Source: Octopus sinensis (Eukaryota). From it: a stretch of 64,000 nucleotides of DNA. The notes under the pieces are model-generated. The model saw nothing but the letters and a program-made list of their open reading frames with translations. It was not told the origin of the DNA and did no database searches. Made by a program: the position numbers and the translations under genes. Positions 55,579 to 64,000 of this stretch are shown here, piece after piece. The first letter of the stretch is position 1. Every line of letters begins with the position of its first letter. Where the stretch lies: positions 46,128,001 through 46,192,000 of the forward strand of contig NC_043004.1 in assembly GCF_006345805.1 (NCBI RefSeq), given 5' to 3'.

Positions 55579-56630
55579 GATAATTATCACTATTACTTTT
55601 AATCTACATCTTTGTTAGGATCACTTGCTGGGACATACCCAGCATTCTGTGGGGAATGAAGGATAAGAGAAGTTACAATATGACTGAAAAATTGACCAGG
55701 GGAATTAGTGAAATATCTGCATGCAATACAACACATACATTTAACTTGATAGGATTTTTCTAGGAATATGAGCAGTACTTGTTAGGACAGTATTTTGGAT
55801 TTATCTGAGACATAGTTCCCCTGGGATCTAATCTAGCTGTTTCTAACATCCCTTTTTTTATTATAGTTAGGGCACTGACAATACCAGGCACAGTTCTCGT
55901 TTTAAGATGCCACATCTTTTGTATTTCAATTTCTAGGTCCTTATATTTACTTAGTTCCTCAAATTCCTTTAGAGATATATTTTTATCAGTGGGAACGTCT
56001 ATTAGTGTACAAGTATATTCTTCCCTGTTCTAATTATTATGTCTGATTGATTAGCCTAGATCGTTCTGTTAGTATTGACTGGAAAATCCCAGAAGATATT
56101 GACATTTGTACCTTCAACGACTGGCTCAGGATGATGTTCATACCAGTAAGGAGGAGTGCTAATTTTATAGTATTTACATTTTTTCTAATATAAATACTGT
56201 CCTAACCTATCGTGGCGATTTGATATTCGTTTAGTGTCCGCACAGGACATCCCGAGACGAGATGGTCTATTGTTTCATGAAATGTGTCGCAGAATCTGCA
56301 TTTAGGGTCGAAACCGTTTTGAAGAACGTTAGTCTGGTAGTTTCTTGCGAGCAAGCTTTGGTCTTGTGCAGCCACTATGAAGCCTTTAGTCTCTGCTTTC
56401 AGTCCTGAGCTTTTCAGCCACTGATAGGTTGTTACTTGATCTAAATCAGCATTTTGACTGCGAAGTATATATTGTCCATACAGAAGCTTCTGTCTCCATC
56501 GCCGTTCAATTTATTTCTGCCTGTTTCTTTATAGAGTCTGCTGGATGCATTTTGCTTGTTTTGCAGAAGGGGTTTCAGGTTCTTCAACTATTTTAGGGTT
56601 AATGCCAAGTTCCTTTGCGAATTTGCATTA
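55579..56630 (-). mobile_element. R4/Dong-like LINE fragment (CCHC plus RLE)
   Basis: WLKSSGLKAETKGFIVAAQDQSL..CRFCDTFHETIDHLVSGC..WYEHHPE..FWDFPV..LSKYKDLEIEIQKMWHLK. Confidence 0.88.
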
Positions 56631-56640
56631 TTATTCCTTT

Positions 56641-58040
56641 GTAACACAGTGTAGGTAAAAATGCACCGTCTTTAGGCATCTACTAAGTCAAAACAAGGAC
56701 ATCAGAGAGATAACACTTTCCTTGAAATGTGGGCTGTGCCCAAAAAAGCTGCTTTTTGCAGGATATCAATTTTGTATGGGATTTCCAGTTGCCTTAAGAA
56801 GTCTTGCAGTTTCAATGGGATTGCGCCTAACGCTCCGATCACCACTGGTATCACATTTACATCATCCTCTCGCATTCCATACATTATTGTCATTTCCAGT
56901 TTCAATTCGGAGTACTTGATGATTTTTTCAAGCTCTTTACTTAGGAGTGGCTGCGTGGTAAGTAGCTTGTTTCCCAACCACATGGTTCCGGGTTCAGTCC
57001 CACTGCGTGGCACCTTGGGCAAGTGCCTTCTACTATAGCCTCGGGCCGACCAAAGCCTTGTGAGTGTATTTGGTAGACGGAAACTGAAAGAAGCTCGTCG
57101 TATATATGTATATATATATATGTATATATGTGTGTGCGTGTATGTCTGTGTTTGTCACCCTAGCATTGCTTGACAACCGATGCTGGTGTGTTTATGTCCC
57201 CGTGACTTGGCGGTTCGGTAAAAGAGACCGATAGAATAAGTACTGGGCTTACAAAGAATAAGTCCCGGGGTCGAGTTGCTCGATTAAAGGCGGTGCTCCA
57301 GCATGGCCGCAATCAAATGACTGAAACAAGTAAAAAAGTAAAAGAGTATGTCATTTGGTATACTTACATCGATGAGCTGATAATATTTGTCTCTGTTATT
57401 CAATATGACACTATCCGGTCGACGGTGCTCGATTACACGATCCACCTGAAAATCATAGTCTCAGAGTATCGTTACCTTTCCATACTCCTGCATAACTTTA
57501 CTTGGTACAAGCTCATACCAGTTCTCTGTTACTTCATATTTGCATTTAGGGCATAAGAGCTAATATAGATACACACAGACCTTATCATGGCGGCGCCTGT
57601 ATTCTCTTTGTGCAAGGCTCTGACATTCGCTTACCAAGTAGATCACATTTTCAACACTCTTTCAACAGTCTGCATTTCTGGGTGTCAGACGTTTTATAGA
57701 TGTTATACTTCACTGAATTGGTAGCGAGAACCTGGTCTTGTGCAGGCTTTCGATAGTACGCTGAAGTCATGCCAACGATGTTGTATTATCCTTAACATTT
57801 TGTGTGCTCCTTTCAAACTGCCCATGCAATCTCATTTCAAGAAGGTATTCTTTTCTCTTCGCCCATCATTTCATTTGCATTTACACCCATATCTTTCACG
57901 GTATATTGCAGCGGTTCTTCATCACTATTTATCAAATACTCGGCACGCGTTCTCCTTCCACGCCTTATACAATGGTCTATACTAATTAGTCCTCTGCCAC
58001 CATTCTTTCTTCTCAGATAAAGTCTGTTTAGGTTTACTTT
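56641..58040 (-). mobile_element. R4/Dong-like LINE fragment interrupted by a SINE
   Basis: AQDQVLATN..EYRRRHDKV..HRRPD..LIDVSIPND [SINE] KELEKIIKYSELKLE..IPVVIGALG..GTAHISRKVLSL*. Confidence 0.88.
56943..57348 (+). mobile_element. tRNA-derived SINE, family 1 (full length, young)
   Basis: Intact A/B boxes and tail; inserted into LINE RLE coding sequence. Confidence 0.92.
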
Positions 58041-58043
58041 AGA

Positions 58044-58247
58044 GACAGCGAACTAGCAATATTGTTAGTACTCCGGACGAAATGCTTACCGACATTTCGT
58101 CTGTCTTTACGTTCTGAGTTCAAATTCCACCGAGGTTGACATTTATCTTTTCGGGATCGATGAATTAGATTCCAGTGAAGCACGGGAGTCGACGTAATCG
58201 ATTAGTCCCCTCACCACAAATTCGAGGCCTTGTTTCTGCAGTAGAAA
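58044..58247 (+). mobile_element. SINE family 2-related, diverged
   Basis: CGAAATGCTTACCGACATTTCGTCTGTCTTTACGTTCTGAGTTCAAATTCCACCGAGG. Confidence 0.75.
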
Positions 58248-58384
58248 TAATAATAATAATAATAATGATAATAATAACAACAACAACAACAACAATAATA
58301 ATAATAATAATAATAAAATAATATTATTATTATTATTATTGTTATTATTATTATTAAAATTTTATTATTATTATGATCACCATT

Positions 58385-59650
58385 ATAACGCTTGCACATG
58401 CTAATTTAGTTAGCAGGTAATATATCACGATATTTGGTGGCAAATTTCCTCAAGCCTCAAGAATCTATTATATTTCTTGTAGACAATATTGGGGTACATT
58501 TCTTCAGGTCAACAATGCCAGTTTGAATTGTAATCTCTTTCACTCAAATACATAGAATTTTGGGTGTTGTCTCAAATGCGCCAATTGCTACGGCATTAAT
58601 TGTCTTGATTCTCCAGTGACATCACCTCTCAGGCTAGATAATGAAATTTCCCATTCTTCTACAATTACTTTGGTATCGACTCTGCTATCATACGGAACTG
58701 CAAAATAAATCACATTTATTGAGTTTGTTCTCTATAATCTTATCTGGTATCCTTGCTTCAATAGTATGCTCAGTCCTTATGAGGAAATCTCACAAATTCT
58801 TGTAATTCTTATTTTCTATCGCACTCTTTCGCTTCTTACTCATACCCCTTTTCTTTGGAAATCATAAACGCAGCAAGCAACCCATTGCACTCAGTCATCT
58901 CTGCGTTTACACTCCTCTGCGCTAGTATACTGCACTCAATCGAAAGCTGAAGATACTTTTGTTTCCTTTCCTCCAGATTTTATATATGCCGTCTGAGTGT
59001 GTTTTAAGGATATTTGACTTCATCAGATTTCTTCTAAAGGCTTCGATATTTCTAGCTGCTGAAAGTATTCTTTCTTTACTTTGCACAATATAATTTTTCA
59101 GACCCAACTTTGCAGTGTTATTCCACCCCCACCTTACATCATTGGCATGTAGAGTCGCTCAGTATTGTTTGTATAGCGGAGTGCGTTATGCATTGTGACG
59201 GGCTTCCTATTTCTTATAATCAAGTTGTGTAGCTCAACTTTAGTCCATTGCAGAAAGGAAACAGAGCATCTCAGTACAGGAATAGCCCATGCGTTTATGG
59301 TTTTCATGAAGTTCTTTCAATTCAAATTTTTTCAAGTACCTTTCTTATTCTCATGTTGTACTCTTTAGTGACTTTCTCTCTCAATTATGATATCATTATC
59401 ATATCATCTTGCAGGATACCTAGATATTTATCTCCTCATTACTCTACAGCGATCTAATGATTTTGTCTTGTAATTTTATGCCATTAGGATTAATATTTCG
59501 ACCTCTCTTCATAATTAGTACAGTGACGTCTCCGCCCCAAAATGAATTTTGATACTGTAAATGAAAACTTTCATTGTTTGAACAAAGAAAGCAGGGAGCA
59601 GAGAGTCTCAATACGGGCATATCCCATGTATTTATGACTTAACGATGTTC
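58385..59650 (-). mobile_element. Degenerate R4/Dong-like LINE (RT C-terminus to RLE)
   Basis: DKYLGILQDD, KVTKEYNMRIRKVL, TINAWAIPVL, ERLYMP and RLE-end remnants, with many indels. Confidence 0.7.
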
Positions 59651-59699
59651 CTTCTTTCAATTTTGTTTCGCATTCCTTCCTATTTCCCCTCTTGTAATC

Positions 59700-61200
59700 T
59701 GAAATGGCTTTCCCGCTCTCTACTCATTCCGTTATCGAAACGTCCTGCAATACACCAAACATTTATGCCCCTCATTATTCTAGAGCGTTCTTATGTTGTT
59801 GTCTTGTGGTAACTTTATGCCATCAGTGTTTAATTTCCAGCCTCTCTTCATAATAATTACTGCGCACTTATCTACCCCAAATTCCGTCTCATCGTCGTTA
59901 ATGAATATTGTCACGGTTTGTATAAAAAGAATCCAGGTGTTCTTCGTTTTTTGGTTATATCTTGAGGTCATTCATATAATGAAGGTGATTTATTATGATC
60001 TTAGTCTCAGTAAACACAGAGGCAGGCCTGAATTTTCTCAGTATACTTGTCAGGATAAGCGGAATGACGAAGAATAACGGAGACAGAATAACGGTGTCCT
60101 TAGAAAAATACCCCAGCGTATTTTCACGTTACATAACTATTCATTAGCACATGCCAGTTCTACTTACCACACTCTCATTGTTTTCTCTAGAAAGTCGTTT
60201 ATCTTTTCATTGAGTCCGAGCGTTTTCGACACTCTACAAGCGAGCAGCGCGGGACATGGTCACAGGTAATTCAGTAATCAATCCATCCAAAAGCTACATT
60301 CTTCTTCCTTTCTCGTACTTCATATAATATTCTGCCATCTATCTATAGCAGCTCAGCAGTTCCCCTTGATTTCTTCCGACATCCTCTTTCGTTCCACTGG
60401 CAATTGATTTTCGTTTTCAAAAACATTATACACTTCCTCTGCTACGAGGCCACTTAATAGTTCCCAGAGTTATGTAAGGAAGTAATAAATCTATTATTGA
60501 TGACTTGCACTCTCTTTTCATTGTCTTACTGTATCTGCACCGTGTTTCCTTTTGTCATCTATGTTGTTTTCCATTGTCTATGCATTAAGGTAAAAAAACG
60601 GTCGCAGATAACTTGTATACTTGGTAGGTTTTGGGGACAGGAAACTAAGGCTTCATGTGGTCTCGGAGGTTTCGAATTTGGTAATTTCTTCTTTATTTTC
60701 TTATCCGTGATTGCTATATGTACCTCTGTCACTCCTGCTTCCATTTCTCTTTCTTAAATTTCCTAACAAGTCTGCGTTTATAGCCTCTTGGATTTCTTAG
60801 ATTCAGAGTTCATCCTCCAAATTTTCTTACTGCTTTTGCATATGGTTTATCTCCTTTGCTCTCCTTCCTTGTTCAGTTGTTTATAGAATTTTCTTCCGTT
60901 GTTCTTCAAGAGTGTATTCTGCTGGTACTGATTCGTTTTCTGATGGCATCCATTTCGTTTTGTTACCCGACATCGCTTTGATTCTTTGTCTTAATTACTC
61001 TTTATCTACTTGCGGTCCTGTATGTCTTAAGTTCTACTTCATTTACAGTTCGTTCCTGAGTCGTTTCTTTACCCTCTTCCCTATGATTCTGTATATCCTT
61101 CCAAGGTCTGACTTGACCTCTTCAATTTGGTTCTGAAGCCACCATTCCTATCATGGGGCTTGTTATTTGCTTTGCTTTCAATTCTAAGCCCCAAGAGTTT
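59700..61200 (-). mobile_element. Degenerate R4/Dong-like LINE RT region
   Basis: LSPLFFVIPL..INHLHYMNDLK..EFGVDKCAVIIMKRG. Confidence 0.7.
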
Positions 61201-61264
61201 GGACAGCGGCAGAGGCTGCGCTGTATACAAGGTCGTTTAGATCTGTTTTCTATATAGATTTTCG

Positions 61265-63247
61265 TTAACAGTATTAGTAATTTCCCGACACAAAGTAAAA
61301 TTTACCATTATCTAAGCAGCTATTTCTTTTGTGGGAATTTAATTTATTGGTCTCTTTGATAATCTCTGTTCTTGTTCAGCTTTGTAGTTTTTATGGGAAA
61401 TTTCAGCATTTCGCTTTTTGTCCAATCCACAATTCTAAGTCTTATAACTAGCACTGCTTTTACTTTTATTGTGTTAATAACATAACTTAAATGTAGCTTT
61501 GACTGCAATATTTCCCCCACTCTCTTTGAATTCTCCCTACATGTAATTTGTTCGATCGTTTCGTGTTTTATTTCATTTGCCTCTGGTATTCCAAAATACT
61601 TAAGCCACTGTATTTTCTCAAAGGATTTCAGTGTTTGCATATCTGACATTTTAATTCCCTGCTTTCCCTCAAATGAACTCCATTTCTTCATCAAGAGAGA
61701 GTACTTTTCAAGCCCGAATTCTATTCCTACATTACATGAGCAAATGGGAGCAGTATAGACAAGACTTCCCAGTTGCTTCTTATGTTTCATATAAAGCTTT
61801 AGATCATCCATGAAGTGGAGATGAATTATCTGACCACACTTTCTTCTCAAATCATAAGCTATTTAGAGTTATTATATCAGACTTAAAGGTATCATGACCA
61901 ATATAAATTACATTGGAGATAGGCTATCTCCTTGGAATATGCAACGTCCGATGTTCTCTTACCCAATTTTCCTCCAATCAAGCTAGTGTTCCAATTTTTC
62001 ATACTTTGATTCATATGTTTTCTTCCACACTCCTAGCATGTTTATTGTTTTACGTTATCCAATTGTGCGACATCAAGTCATATGCATTTTTTATAATACA
62101 ACCATGTTACATCAATCAGTCCAATCTGCTTCTGTAATTTCTGATTACCATCTTATGAACTAACGTCTGGTTTTCAGTTGCCCTAAATTTCTTCTTGCAC
62201 ACCTCCTGATCCATTGAGAATCAAATCGTTACTTTCCAAATGAAGTTACAACTTTCCGAAAAGACACCAGTCATAAGCTTCCACATTGTGGCAAATTGGT
62301 TATTGCTCGAAAATTTGACACCAATTTATCTTCCAAGAGATCCTCAAGTTTAAGCAACGTTCATCCACTTGTCATCCAAGCAGGGACGTGTCTCTGCTCT
62401 AGGCGTCAACCAAGATATACTGCAATCCATTTATTCAACTGTGTAAAATTCAGCCAATAAGTTTGCAATCCATCCGGCTTTGTCCATTCCAGTTTCAGAT
62501 ACTTTTCGACCTCAGTCTCACTGAGTACTGGCTACTCACAATGTCTTTTTGTTTCTTCATATTGGCAAGTTGTCTCTCCATCTCTGTAATCCACTCTGCA
62601 CTTTCGTTATATCAAACTGAGCTGTTCCAATGTTCTCCCGCAAACGCTTTACTATTTCCGCTTTAGGAATCACTTCCGGATGTTGTCTCCTCTACATTTG
62701 TTTAAAAGACATCTTGTATTTGATTGAAACAATCCATTCTGTTCAAAACTTTTGTATGTAATGTCAAATCTTTAAAACGTGCCCTTTAACGCCACCACAC
62801 TTTGTGACAATTTTTAATGTGCTGTTTGTTTTGCCTCTCTTTTAATCTGTACTTTCTGTTCAAATTTCTGAGTAATGCTCCTTTGTTGAGTTTCACTCAT
62901 TTTCTATTTAATTACCCCAGTTCTTTCTATGCCTTTTCCAACTTCATTCGTATTCTCTTCTTCCAGTTTGGTCCTTTCTTTTCCTTCCCTTTCCTTTCTT
63001 CAAATGTCTTTCACTTGTATCTTACTATGTCCAGCTACAGCATTAGCACTGGATATGATTAGCTCCTTTGTCTCACTTATGTATTCTGCTTCAACCGGGT
63101 CCAAAACTCCGTTTACTTTGTACTTCTGCCCAGATATATCTAACACTCAACATTTCATTGTTCACACCAAATATTTTACCCGAGGCATTTGTGTAATCTC
63201 TCTCTCTTTTCCTCGTTCGAGTCTTCTTCAACATTTATTTTCACTCA
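61265..63247 (-). mobile_element. Degenerate R4/Dong-like LINE RT region, bounded by (ATT)n
   Basis: CIFQGDSLSPM (about 61900-61940), HLHFMDDLKLY, GIEFGLEK, LKYFGIPE; (ATT)n at 63248-63339. Confidence 0.8.
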
Positions 63248-63265
63248 TTATTATTATTATTATTA

Positions 63266-63341
<76 letters not shown>

Positions 63342-64000
63342 AACATTCAAGAAAATGAATTTAATAAAATAAAGAGATACCGTGTATTAGTTTATATTGA
63401 TATATTAAAAAAATATTGATTAAAATCTTACTTATAGATCGAATGAGAACACATAAGCTAATATTGTATGAAAATTTCATTGAGATCAAAGAAGTGTTAA
63501 ATGGTTGTTAAGCTAGAGCAAAATAAAACAAAAGTGCTACATACAGTAGCGTGGTTGAAATTATAAAATTAAATTCCGACTATAAGAGAAAGCAAATTTA
63601 AAATAATAAAAAAATGAGTTTGAAGAAACCGATTCTGTCCGTTCTTTCTCTTCTTACAGAGGTTCAGATGGTTTGAGGGTGGATATGCGAGAAGTTGCCT
63701 ATTCTCTATGTCTGCTCGCCACCACATAGACATTTAGCACAAGTAGCGTAACCATGGTGTATGCCATCAGTTCATACCAACTTGAAAGTGATGCATTTGT
63801 TGGTAATCTACTTAAAGTAAATATCTCTATGAGTCATATTATACGTACAATACATTTGCACTACCCTGCTTATTACTTTAGAAATAAAGGAAAAGAAGAA
63901 CCATTTCAATTTAAGCCACGACTTTCAACCAAAGATATAGTTTCTATCAAAGTCAATGTTCTGACAGAGGAATAATTCCAGTCATTTCTGAAGATCGTGT

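Noticed and set aside
63988-64000. CTGAAGA at the window edge
   Set aside because: Truncated by the window, so the remaining HHR elements cannot be assessed.

Overview
AT-rich eukaryotic genomic DNA, most likely a coleoid cephalopod (Octopus), inferred from the tRNA-derived SINE families and the extreme (TA)n/(TAA)n/(TATC)n/(CA)n load. No host protein-coding gene can be supported, and most ORFs in the supplied track are microsatellite translation artefacts. The window is a retroelement landscape. It contains: (1) a 5'-truncated Penelope-like element (PLE; frameshifted RT plus intact GIY-YIG endonuclease ORF, about 45752-50175) bracketed by near-identical 387-bp inverted arms; (2) about 12 fragments of R4/Dong-like RLE LINEs whose strand tracks the strand of flanking (TAA)n tracts; (3) two RTE 3' ends; (4) two SINE families. 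The most interesting signal is a high density of hammerhead ribozyme (HHR) motifs from at least five unrelated sequence families. Three can be fully base-paired by hand (12103-12161 minus; 45627-45681 plus; 49939-50029 plus with its mirror at 45780-45870 minus). One of these has an unusually long 60-nt stem II, and several sit in fold-back palindromes that could mask the ribozyme. The PLE-HHR association is established. The specific architectures are my own reading and are untested. All structures were paired by eye; no searches or folding programs were run.
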